DNA of 64,000 nt from Candidatus Velesiimonas alkalicola (lineage in GTDB: Bacteria > Omnitrophota > Gorgyraeia > Velesiimonadales > Velesiimonadaceae): positions 115 through 64,114 of the forward strand of contig NDHX01000003.1 in NCBI GenBank assembly GCA_013626165.1, read 5' to 3'. Position numbers and translations under genes: made by a program. Below are positions 1 to 8,950 of the stretch, one piece after another. The notes below the pieces were generated by a model. It worked only from the letters and a program-made list of their open reading frames with translations, was not told the DNA's origin and did no database searches. Every line of letters starts with the position of its first letter. Position 1 is the first letter of the stretch.

Positions 1-60
1 ACTACCCCGTCAACCTTCGGTTGACACCCCTTCAAAGAAGGGGAATTCTGACGGGGTGTT
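1..60. repeat. Double-hairpin repeat unit (1-47) abutting a fragment of an oppositely oriented unit, in frame in the MTase
   Basis: ACTACCCCGTCAACCTTCGGTTGACACCCCTTCAAAGAAGGGGAATT followed by CTGACGGGGTGTT; reads TPRQNSPSLKGCQPKVDGV on the minus strand. Confidence 0.85.
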
Positions 61-1062
61 TTCAATTCTTTTGAAATACCTGATTTATCATAAGCCAAAA
101 CTTTTTTCATTCTCGGTAAAACCACGCTGTAAAAATGCTCACCCATTTCAACGCCAAGCCATTTTCTGCCAAGTTTATGCGCAACTGCGGTTGTCGTGCC
201 AGAGCCGAGGAAGAAGTCAAGAATTAGGTTTTCTCTTTCTGATGTGCTTTCAATTACCCTCTTTAAGACAATTTCTGCGTTCTCTGTTTGAAAGCCGATA
301 GTAAAAGTATATCCTTGAACATCTGTCCAATTAGTGTCCAAGGGTATCTTTTCTGATTCTAAATATTGTGGAATACCTGTTTTTTCGTTTATTCGTATTC
401 TTTCTTCAGATGCTAATTTGTCAAATTTTTCTTGAGAGAATCGCCAGTGTTGACCGGGAGGACACTTATATTCCTTTCCAAAAATTATAACTGTATTTTT
501 CTCTTTATTCTCTTTGGGAGAAAGACAATTAACCCATTTGATTTCTCTGTTTCTCTCTTTGAAAACTGGCAGAAAATAACTTAATATAGTTTTAGGATAA
601 TAAAACAATGATTCATTTGCTGGATTAAAGTTGTTTAATGGGCCTTGACTATTTGCTTTTCTTAAAATAATCTCTCTAAAATTATTTTTATTGTCTGAAA
701 ATAATTCATCCATCAAACACCTTACAATCCAATTCCCATTGTAGTCGCACCTAACAAAAATACTCCCTTTTTTATTTAAAACATCTTTTGCAATCTTTAA
801 TCTATTTTCAAGCAGTGTTGCCCAGTTGGCGTCTTTATAGTTTGTGCGGTATAAAAACTGGTCAGAAGAAGCTAAATTAAACGGCGGGTCAATGTAAATT
901 GTCTGCACTTTTTCTTTGAATTTCGGCAGGATTGTATTTAACGCCTGATAGTTTTCGGACTTTATCAGCCAGCCGTCTAAAGATTTATCTAAATCGTCAA
1001 ACTGGCTCAAAATTTCAAGTTCTAAATCCTTGAAATATTTTGTGTCTATGGGTAAATGCTTA

Positions 1063-1502
1063 AATTCCCCTTTTATTAAAAGGGGTGTCTGCGGAGCAGA
1101 CGGGGTATTTTCTTTTATCCAACTTTGTATTTGTTCAATAACCGAATTAATGCTTTTTTTTACATCTATATCTCTAAAATGAAGAACTTTTAATCCTAAA
1201 GATTGCAAATATTTCTCTCGTTCTTCATCACATTCAATTTTAAAATTGTGGCTTTCACCATCTATCTCAATTACTAATCTCAAATTTGGACAATAAAAAT
1301 CAACAATGCAATTACCTATGATTTGTTGACGAGTAAAGTCAAATCTTAATTTTTTATTTTTTAATTCATTCCATAAAAGAACCTCTGATAAATTTCCGGC
1401 CTTTCTTAATTCCCTTGCCCTTTGTTTTAAGTTTTGATTGTATGGTAATTTTAAATACCCCGTCAGTCCTTCGGACCGCCACCCCTTTACAAAAGGGGAA
1501 TT
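1063..1502 (-). mobile_element. Cassette B: DUF559/Vsr-like endonuclease domain between inverted double-hairpin repeats
   Basis: Encodes LPYNQNLKQRARELRKAGNLSEVLLWNELK..FTRQQIIGNCIVDFYC..LVIEIDGESH; repeat units at ~1063-1110 and ~1453-1502 in opposite orientation. Confidence 0.8.
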
Positions 1503-1606
1503 TTCAAAAACATCTTCTATCTTAAAATTTTCATCCACAATGCCAAGTTCCTGCCATTCTTTGATTTGCTCTCTAAAATTTTTATGCTTCAAGATTCTCT
1601 CTAATA

Positions 1607-2093
1607 AATTCCCCTCTTTTAGAGGGGTGTCTGCGAAAGCAGACGGGGTGTTTGCCTCTTTTAGAGGGGTGTCTGCGAAAGCAGACGGGGTGTTAGTCAG
1701 TTTATCTTTTAAATACTCTAATACTTCTTCCAAATTTTTCTTTACATCTAGATCAGAAATATGAATAACTTTGAGCCCAAGACTTTTTAAGCAATTATCT
1801 CTTTCTTTGTCATATTCTATCTTTCCATCGTGACTTACTCCGTCAATTTCAATAACAACTCCCAAATTCTTACAATAAAAATCAACTATATAATCTCCTA
1901 TAATTTTTTGTCTATCAAAATCTAAACTCAAAAATTTTTTATTTTTAACTTGATCCCAGAATAAAACTTCTGATAAATTGCCGGCTTTTCTTAACTCTTT
2001 TGCTCTTTCTTTTAGGTCAGGATTAAATGGTAATTCCTTCCATTTGACTACCCCGTCAGGCTTCGCCTGCCACCCCTTCGTAGAAGGGGAATT
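1607..2093 (-). mobile_element. Cassette A: DUF559/Vsr-like endonuclease domain between inverted double-hairpin repeats
   Basis: Encodes LPFNPDLKERAKELRKAGNLSEVLFWDQVK..FDRQKIIGDYIVDFYC..VVIEIDGVSH; units at 1607-1694 (tandem, 42-nt period) and 2047-2093. Confidence 0.8.
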
Positions 2094-2496
2094 CTTGTAA
2101 ATCCTATCCAGCGTAATCACATAATTTGAGTTTTTGACAAACTTCGGCTTGTTCCAGATATTTACCAGTTCATCTTCAAACTGCGAGATAAAATCAATAA
2201 TTTTGAAAGCGATGCCTTTGAGAATTTGTAGTTGATTGACTCTATCCGCGCCCCACTCTTTGGCTCCTTCCCAAAAATACTGATAACTCCAAAGTTTAAA
2301 TTGCTCCTGCAAGAATGCTTTGGCATTTTTGTTGATAAAGAAATCAACCTCGCTCTGCTTTTCAAAAACTCTAAAAGCGCGTTCTAATTGTTCTTCGGTA
2401 ATTGCTATGCCTTTTCTCTTGATGGCTTTTAAGAGCTCGTCCTGTTTTGTTTTTGCACCTCCTTCTGAATACTGAACGTCAAAAACAATGGTGGCG

Positions 2497-2531
2497 CCTG
2501 CCCCGTAGGAAGCCGAAGGCTTTCCCACGGG
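2497..2531. repeat. Small hairpin insertion CCTGCCCCGTAG...CACGGG at the MTase frameshift
   Basis: CCTGCCCCGTAGGAAGCCGAAGGCTTTCCCACGGG folds back on itself; related copy ending CTACGGGGCAGG at 3465-3503. Confidence 0.75.
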
Positions 2532-2622
2532 TCTTCGCGGACTTTGCTTAACTCAAAAACAAGCGAGCGTTTTTCGTTGGCTTTTTTGCTTTCTATCTTT
2601 GAAGCGTCAAAGTAGAACTTTA

Positions 2623-2754
2623 AATACCCCGTCCCTTCGGGACACCCCTTTTGCAAAGGGGAATTAACACCCCGTCCGCCTTCCCCTTCTACGAAGGGGT
2701 GGCAGGCGAAGCCTGACGGGGTAGTTTCTGACACCCCTCTATCAGAGGGGAATT
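2623..2754. repeat. Cluster of three double-hairpin units, one nested in another, in frame in the MTase
   Basis: Units 2623-2665 and 2666-2754; the second is interrupted by an inverted unit at 2681-2725; encodes FPSDRGVSETTPSGFACHPFVEGEGGRGVNSPLQKGCPEGTGY. Confidence 0.85.
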
Positions 2755-3137
2755 CAACTGGCAAACTCCTGAAAATCCGGTCGGTTTTAACATAGTAAAG
2801 CATCTGCGTTTTCCAGAAGAGGATAACATCTTTTTCATCGGTATAAACCTTTTCGTAGATATTGTTATGAAATGGCGTTGAATTGAAATAAATTGACCCG
2901 CTTTCCGTAAAATAGCGGCTGAAAAAGGAATAGAGTTTGTCAAAAAGTTCATCTCTAAATTTGGGGTGGCTTTTTAGAGCCGATTCAACATCTTTCTTGA
3001 GGATGTCTTCAATCTTGCGGTAGTAATTTGATTTTATTCTCATCAAATTAACAAAACCGCCAGTGCCTTCAATTTTGGCGCCGATAAATACATCCTGTAG
3101 TGCTTTATAAAATTTTTGTTCTTTGGTCATAGTTAAA

Positions 3138-3347
3138 TCACTTTAATAAATTATCAACTGAAACATCAAGGGATTTGGCTAATTTTTGAAGCGCACCAAT
3201 TAAGAGATAGATGATACCGTCCAACTCCAGTTTTATCACCGTGTTATAGGAAATATCAGCCAATTTAGAAAGCCGGTCTTGCGACAAGCCCTTTTGTTTC
3301 CTTAACTTTTTTATATTTTTGCCTATTTGTGAAATCTCTCTTGATAT
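3138..3347 (-). pseudogene. XRE-family HTH regulator (controller-protein-like), apparently degenerate
   Basis: Manual translation ISREISQIGKNIKKLRKQKGLSQDRLSKLADISYNTVIKLE...LQKLAKSLDVSVDNLLK*; first codon is ATA rather than ATG; ends 7 nt upstream of the MTase start. Confidence 0.7.
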
Positions 3348-3568
3348 TGTGGTATTAAAATAATAATATGTATGTAGAGTAATCGCTATCTATAATTATA
3401 ATACAAAATGATTTTCATAATATAAAAAGATTTTTTGAGAAGTTTAATTTCAAATGCATGTGCACCCCAATAATAGAACGCTTTGCGTTCACTACGGGGC
3501 AGGAAGAAGGGATGGACCAAGGGCATTTACCTTTTTTCTTTTCTAAAAATCGGCGGGCTAATTCAATT

Positions 3569-3645
3569 TGGTGGGCGGTAGAGGACTTGAACCTCTGACC
3601 CCTTGCATGTCAAGCAAGTGCTCCAACCAACTGAGCTAACCGCCC
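3569..3645 (-). tRNA. tRNA-Val(GAC)
   Basis: GGGCGGTTAGCTCAG...CTTGC-TTGACAT-GCAAG...GGTTCAAGTCC...CCGCCCACCA. Confidence 0.95.
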
Positions 3646-3759
3646 ATAGCAGTCTAATTTTGCTATAATCTCCGATGTTAAATGACAAATGTCAAAATCC
3701 AAATGTCATTTGAGATTTGTCATTTGTCATTTATTTCCCATTTGTCATTTGAGCTTTAG

Positions 3760-3920
3760 AATGTGGGCGAGGTGGGAATATGAACCATCGCTGGCGCTCT
3801 TTAAGGGAAAACCAAGTTTTTCCCTTAATGTTCCTTTTCCTTTCAAAACACAGGGGAAAACTTACCTTTTCCCCTGACCCCTTTGGTGGTTCAAATCCCT
3901 TATCATCCTTTTTCTGCTTA
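3760..3920 (-). repeat. tRNA-Leu 3'-linked element with a duplicated tRNA 3' end
   Basis: 3760-3777 is identical to 3921-3938; antisense T-arm copy at 3888-3899; two internal GGGAAA..TTTCCC hairpins. Confidence 0.75.
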
Positions 3921-3924
3921 AATG

Positions 3925-4007
3925 TGGGCGAGGTGGGATTTGAACCCACACAACTTTACAGTCATTGGATTTTAAGTCCAACGTGTATGCCATTCCACCA
4001 CTCGCCC
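3925..4007 (-). tRNA. tRNA-Leu(TAA)
   Basis: GGGCGAGTGGTGGAATGG...TTGGA-CTTAAAA-TCCAA, long variable arm, GGTTCAAATCC; CCA not fully encoded. Confidence 0.93.
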
Positions 4008-4019
4008 ATTGTTATGCTA

Positions 4020-4820
4020 CTATATTGCAACAATTTTTATGTTATTTTTATTTGCAATCTCTACACATTCTTGTTTATTAAAAACGAGGGTTTTTCCAGC
4101 CTCAAAAGCAAGCACCCCGGCTTTTGCCTCTATGAGAGACTCCATTGTTTTTGGTCCTATAACTGGAACATCAAAACGGACATCCTGCTTTGGCTTTGCA
4201 ACTTTTACAACTACAACATTTCCGTTCCCAAGCCTTCCTCCCCTTTTTATTGCCTCGTCCGTTCCTTCTATTGCCTCAACAGCAAGAATAGAACCTTGTT
4301 TTATTACAACCGTCTGGCCTATATCAAGCCTTCCCAATTCTTTTGCAATGTTAAAACCTAATTGGACATCCTTCCGTTCTTCGTCTGTAAGAGAAGAGCC
4401 TGCAATAATGCCCTGCGGGATAAACATTTCTTTTAAAAACCTAACAGAACTTATCAGTTTTATCTTGTGTTTTGGTAAAAGATCTGCGGCTGCACCAAAT
4501 ATGGTGTCTGCTCTCTTGTCTTTTAAACCCCTGAGGAATGCTTTTAGTTTAACATCTATCGGAATATCTTTAAAAAGATTTGAAGGTTCTATCTGTCCTG
4601 CAAATATAGCATCAGACGGAGAAAAAAAAGAAATTTTTTCTAAAAACAACGAGAAAGAACCCACATCCACCCATTCTATCCTGTCAACAAAACTCTCTAT
4701 ATTTTTTGATGTTTCACCTATGAAACCTATTGCATTTACAGTAAAACTTTGATTTTTTGCTTGTTGTGCTACAAGGATGGGAAAGTCTCCGCTGCCTGCA
4801 ATGATAAGAATTTGTTTCAC
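4020..4820 (-). CDS. lpxI: UDP-2,3-diacylglucosamine diphosphatase LpxI
   Basis: IIAGSGDFP, DIGQTVV, AVEAIEGTD, KPKQDVRFDVPVIG; follows lpxA. Confidence 0.92.
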   Translation of the reverse strand: MKQILIIAGSGDFPILVAQQAKNQSFTVNAIGFIGETSKNIESFVDRIEWVDVGSFSLFLEKISFFSPSDAIFAGQIEPSNLFKDIPIDVKLKAFLRGLKDKRADTIFGAAADLLPKHKIKLISSVRFLKEMFIPQGIIAGSSLTDEERKDVQLGFNIAKELGRLDIGQTVVIKQGSILAVEAIEGTDEAIKRGGRLGNGNVVVVKVAKPKQDVRFDVPVIGPKTMESLIEAKAGVLAFEAGKTLVFNKQECVEIANKNNIKIVAI

Positions 4821-5587
4821 TACCTGGCAATTCCGCGCTTCGATGTTTTTACAAACTCAACGAGCTTTTTTACCTCATTAATATCTACAATGCGTCTTTC
4901 AACTTCAACAAGTGCATGGGTTGTAGAAAGTCCTGAAAAGAATAAAATTTTGAATGCCTTATAAAGCGTGGCTCTGGTCTGAGGTGAAAAGTTGGCCCTT
5001 CTTAAACCAATAACATTTAAACCACATACCTTGCCGGGCCTTCCATCTACGAGAGAAAAGGGAGGAACATCCTGAACAATCTTTGACATACCGCCTACCA
5101 TAGAATATTCACCGATACGAACAAACTGATGAATTGCAGCAAATCCCCCGAGAACTGCATTATTGTGAATCTCTATATGTCCTGCAAGCCCTGCGTTGTT
5201 TGCCATAATAACATCATCGCCAATCTTACAATCATGTGCGATATGACAGTATGCCATTATAAGAACATTGTTTCCAATGCTTGTAAGGTCTGTTAGACAA
5301 CCGGGATTTATTGTGACAAATTCTCTGATCACTACCCTATCTGCTATTTTTAAGTATGTTTTTTGATTATGAAACTTTAAACTCTGAGGAATACTTCCAA
5401 CAACCGAGCCCTTAAATATAGAACAGTTTTTGCCAATCTCGGTATTGCCTTCTAAGACACAGTGTGAACCTATCTGTGTTCCTTCCCCAATTTGAACATC
5501 CTGCCTTATATATGTCCATGGACCTACTGAGACATTGTCAGAAATATTTTTTGATTCAATTATTGCTGTTGGATGTATGTTATTCAT
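4820..5587 (-). CDS. lpxA: UDP-N-acetylglucosamine O-acyltransferase
   Basis: IHPTAII, hexapeptide repeats, HIAHDC, HQFVRIG. Confidence 0.95.
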   Translation of the reverse strand: MNNIHPTAIIESKNISDNVSVGPWTYIRQDVQIGEGTQIGSHCVLEGNTEIGKNCSIFKGSVVGSIPQSLKFHNQKTYLKIADRVVIREFVTINPGCLTDLTSIGNNVLIMAYCHIAHDCKIGDDVIMANNAGLAGHIEIHNNAVLGGFAAIHQFVRIGEYSMVGGMSKIVQDVPPFSLVDGRPGKVCGLNVIGLRRANFSPQTRATLYKAFKILFFSGLSTTHALVEVERRIVDINEVKKLVEFVKTSKRGIAR

Positions 5588-5599
5588 AGCTCTTATTAT

Positions 5600-6913
5600 T
5601 TACCCAACATCTGAAAGTGCAAACATTATCTCTGCTTCTGCCACTATTTTGTTGTCAACATAAGCAGTGCCTTTAATCTGTCCCGTTTTGGTGCGAAGTC
5701 TTAATACCTCTGTTTCAAGAATTACCTGGTCGCCGGGTATAACGGGCTTTCTAAATTTTACTTTATCAAGGGACATAAAAAATGCCATCTTTCCTATGTT
5801 TGCTCTGCTTGAAAGAAATAGAATACCTGCTGTTTGTGCCAACGCTTCTATTATAAGAACACCGGGCATTACTGGTTTTCCAGGGAAATGTCCTTCAAAA
5901 AATTCTTCGTTCACAGTTACATTTTTTATGGCAATACATCTTTTGTCTTCTTCTAATTTCAGTACTCTGTCCACAAGAAGAAACGGATATCTGTGAGGAA
6001 TTATTTTTTGTATGGTTGTTACATCAAGCCTTTCTCCGGGGGCGCACACATAACGGAATGGAATACCTGCACCCCTTGCCTGCTCTTCAAAAAGTCTGAA
6101 TTTATTTAATAACTTCATATTTGTGGTATGACCGCTTTTTACAGCGCTAATATCTCCTTGTATAGATGCACTAAAAAGATAAAGGTCTCCTATAATATCC
6201 ATAATCTTGTGTCGTACAAATTCATCCTCAAATCTTAATTTATTATCTATAACCCCTTTTTCCGATATTACAAGTGTATTGGCATAATTTGCTCCTTTTC
6301 CCAGTCCCTGTTTCCTTAAATCCTCAACCTCTTTTTCAAAACAAAATGTTCTTGCAGGTGCAATCTCTTTTAAAAATACCTCAGGGGTGATATCAAATTT
6401 TACATACTGGGAACGAACAAACGGATGTTTATAGGAAAGCGTATAAGAAACCCTGTAAGAATCCCCTGGTAAAACTGTTATTGATCCTTCCTGTTCCTGT
6501 ATCCATAACGGTTCTTTTACAATAAATTTTTTATAAGCAACATTTTGTTCTTCAATTCCGACACCTAATAACGCATTGCAAAACGAAAGAGCACACCCGT
6601 CAAAAGACGGAACCTCATCACTATCAACTTCTGCAATTATATTTGTTATACCCAATCCTGCAAGAGAAGATGTTAGATGTTCTATTGTATGAACCTCAAC
6701 ACCGTTTATGCCTACCGAGGTCCTTCTGGGTCTTCTTGAAATATCTGTTATGTTTGTAAGCTTCGCATCTATAACAGGTCTTTCTTGTAAATCAGTTCTT
6801 ACAAATCTTAAACCTGTATCAGGTGGCGCAGGTTTTAAAACAAGGTGTGAAGGATTACCCATATGAAGACCGATACCCTGAAGATGAACCTCTTTACGAA
6901 TTGTTTTTTGCAC
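5600..6913 (-). CDS. lpxC: Bifunctional LpxC / FabZ
   Basis: [22 protein letters not shown], then [11 protein letters not shown] and [13 protein letters not shown]. Confidence 0.95.
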   Translation of the reverse strand: MQKTIRKEVHLQGIGLHMGNPSHLVLKPAPPDTGLRFVRTDLQERPVIDAKLTNITDISRRPRRTSVGINGVEVHTIEHLTSSLAGLGITNIIAEVDSDEVPSFDGCALSFCNALLGVGIEEQNVAYKKFIVKEPLWIQEQEGSITVLPGDSYRVSYTLSYKHPFVRSQYVKFDITPEVFLKEIAPARTFCFEKEVEDLRKQGLGKGANYANTLVISEKGVIDNKLRFEDEFVRHKIMDIIGDLYLFSASIQGDISAVKSGHTTNMKLLNKFRLFEEQARGAGIPFRYVCAPGERLDVTTIQKIIPHRYPFLLVDRVLKLEEDKRCIAIKNVTVNEEFFEGHFPGKPVMPGVLIIEALAQTAGILFLSSRANIGKMAFFMSLDKVKFRKPVIPGDQVILETEVLRLRTKTGQIKGTAYVDNKIVAEAEIMFALSDVG

Positions 6914-7943
6914 TTAACATCTCCTCCAATATTTTTATTTTTTTCTCAAGTTCGGAAATCTTATTATACAATTTAGGAAGCCTTTGTATGGATGCCTTTA
7001 ACCTCTTTTCCTCGTTATGGGGCCTTGCCGGGAAACCGGATACACACATATTATCAGAGATAGATTTTGTAACACCCGATTTTGCTGCAACTACAACATT
7101 GTTTCCGATCTTTATATGTCCTATAACGCCTGACTGTCCGGCCAGTGTTACATTTGAACCTATTTCAACACTACCTGATATCCCGGTTTGTGCAACAATA
7201 ACAGAATTTGCTCCTATATATACATTATGGGCAATCTGAACAAGGTTGTCTATCTTTGTTCCCTTACCTATAAATGTCCTGTCAAATCTTGCCCTGTCTA
7301 TTGTAACATTTGAACCTATTTCAACATCGTCCTCTATTACAACAGTCCCAATCTGTGGGATTCTGTGATGTACCCCCCGAACTGTTGCAAATCCAAAACC
7401 ATCACTTCCTATAACACTTCCAGAATGTATAACAACTCTGCTTCCAATACTGGTGCGTTCCCTGATAGAAACATTCGGATATATCAACACATCGTTGCCC
7501 AACTCTGTATGGTGTCCTATATATACACCTGCATATATTACAGTCCCGTCCCCTATCTGAACACTATCCTCTATAACAACAAACGGCTGTATGGCAACAT
7601 TTTTACCTAATTTTACATTCTTTCCTATAATAGACTGTGAACTTATGCCTTTAGGTCTTACAATTTTATTCGGAGCAAGAAGTGAAACAAACTTTGCAAA
7701 TGCAAGACTCGGGTTTTCCGTAACTATCAATGTTTTTGCCCCTGAATAGTTTTTTAATTCCCCTGAGACAATGATTGCAGATGCTCTTGTTTGTTGCATC
7801 AATGGCGCATACTTGAGATTGGCAATAAATGTAACATCGCCTGGCTGTGCCTCTTTTATTCCGCTTGCACCGGCAATTTCAATGCTATCATCTCCTATAA
7901 CCTCCCCTTCTATAATCTCAGCAATTTCTTTTACTGTCTTCAC
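6894..7943 (-). CDS. lpxD: UDP-3-O-acylglucosamine N-acyltransferase
   Basis: [25 protein letters not shown]. Confidence 0.95.
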   Translation of the reverse strand: MKTVKEIAEIIEGEVIGDDSIEIAGASGIKEAQPGDVTFIANLKYAPLMQQTRASAIIVSGELKNYSGAKTLIVTENPSLAFAKFVSLLAPNKIVRPKGISSQSIIGKNVKLGKNVAIQPFVVIEDSVQIGDGTVIYAGVYIGHHTELGNDVLIYPNVSIRERTSIGSRVVIHSGSVIGSDGFGFATVRGVHHRIPQIGTVVIEDDVEIGSNVTIDRARFDRTFIGKGTKIDNLVQIAHNVYIGANSVIVAQTGISGSVEIGSNVTLAGQSGVIGHIKIGNNVVVAAKSGVTKSISDNMCVSGFPARPHNEEKRLKASIQRLPKLYNKISELEKKIKILEEMLSAKNNS

Positions 7944-7946
7944 TTT

Positions 7947-8465
7947 TTATTTCCTTTTCTGGGTATAAGATTCGTTTAATCCTTTTATAATATCGGATGA
8001 CCTATCAAGTTCAGGCCTACCATAAACAACAACCGCTTCAGCCATATTCAGCACTATGTCATAGCCCTGTTTTTCGGCATATTCCTTCACATAGTCTTTT
8101 ATTTCTTGGATAATTTTTCTCAATGCATCATCTCTTGTTTTTGCCATTTCAGACCTTGATTGCTGGTCAAATTCCTGGAGTTTCTTCATTTTATCTTCTA
8201 TCAAGGGTTGTTTTTCTTGTTTTCCCTCAGGGGTTAGCAGGGCAGATTTATCCCTTAACTGCCGTATTTCCTCAACTATCTTCTCTCTTTGTTCCTGTCT
8301 TAATCTATCTTTTTGCTCCAAAGTAGATTCTGCATCTTTTGTTGCTTCATATTCAGAAAATACCTTGGAGAAGTTTATATAAACAATGTTTAAATTCTGT
8401 TGCGGATATAAACTTGTCAAAGAACAAAAACAAAAAATCAAAAAACTAAAAAAAATCTTTTTCAT
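7947..8465 (-). CDS. skp: OmpH/Skp periplasmic chaperone
   Basis: Signal peptide, coiled coil, YAEKQGYDIVL; upstream of lpxD. Confidence 0.85.
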   Translation of the reverse strand: MKKIFFSFLIFCFCSLTSLYPQQNLNIVYINFSKVFSEYEATKDAESTLEQKDRLRQEQREKIVEEIRQLRDKSALLTPEGKQEKQPLIEDKMKKLQEFDQQSRSEMAKTRDDALRKIIQEIKDYVKEYAEKQGYDIVLNMAEAVVVYGRPELDRSSDIIKGLNESYTQKRK

Positions 8466-8614
8466 CTTCCCTCCTGTTTATTCCATTATAACATTTATTT
8501 AAGATTTTACAAGAATTTTAAAATATAATATCAGGAACGGGAACGGACATCCCTGCCAGCCGACAAGTCCTGGTGCACTGGTGCTCTGGTGCTCTGGTGT
8601 TCTTGTGCCTTAGG

Positions 8615-8857
8615 TCACATATTGTCTTTGATATACTTTACCGCCTTCCCTATAACATTAAAATGCTGTTTGTCTACAGTTATAACCGGGTATGCCATCC
8701 TATAGGATGCATCATATCCCCTAAAACAGTACAGGGCAAGTGCATCTTCTGTTTCCATATCCATATATTTATATTCAAGTTTCATATTTTCTCCTATTAT
8801 TCTTTTTGCATCCTGACAGAGAGAACAACCCTGTTTCCCAAATATTTCTATTTGCAT
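8615..8857 (-). CDS. Glutaredoxin/NrdH-like redoxin
   Basis: MQIEIFGKQGCSLC, YPVI; GGAGG RBS before ATG 8857; directly after nrdD. Confidence 0.75.
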   Translation of the reverse strand: MQIEIFGKQGCSLCQDAKRIIGENMKLEYKYMDMETEDALALYCFRGYDASYRMAYPVITVDKQHFNVIGKAVKYIKDNM

Positions 8858-8950
8858 ACTGCCTCCTCTTTCAAACATTGAAAATGTGAGGTTGAAAGAT
8901 CGGGTGGATATGTTTTGCACAACTTCATTAACTTCTCAACTTCAATATCC

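Larger units (their letters stand above)
1..3130 (-). pseudogene. Type III R-M Mod-like N6-adenine DNA methyltransferase, frameshifted near 2530, 3' end outside the window, carrying in-frame repeat and DUF559 insertions
   Basis: The 5' part is ORF 2429-3130. Manual translation gives a second frame open from ~2530 to base 1, containing IYIDPPFN (motif IV, ~879-890) and then LILDFFLGSGTT (motif I, ~195-225), the beta-class order typical of Mod subunits. One extra C at ~2531 would join the two frames. Confidence 0.85.

Noticed and set aside
1438-2365. Track ORFs 1438-1764 (+) and 2162-2365 (-)
   Set aside because: Antisense and off-frame shadows of the long MTase frame, which the track omitted, probably because it runs off the window.
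1-2760. Hairpin repeats as a CRISPR array, or the inserts as inteins
   Set aside because: Units vary in sequence and orientation, spacing is irregular and no cas genes are present; no intein N- or C-terminal splicing motifs border the inserts.
5600-6913. LpxC-FabZ fusion as a novelty
   Set aside because: A known architecture in several diderm phyla.
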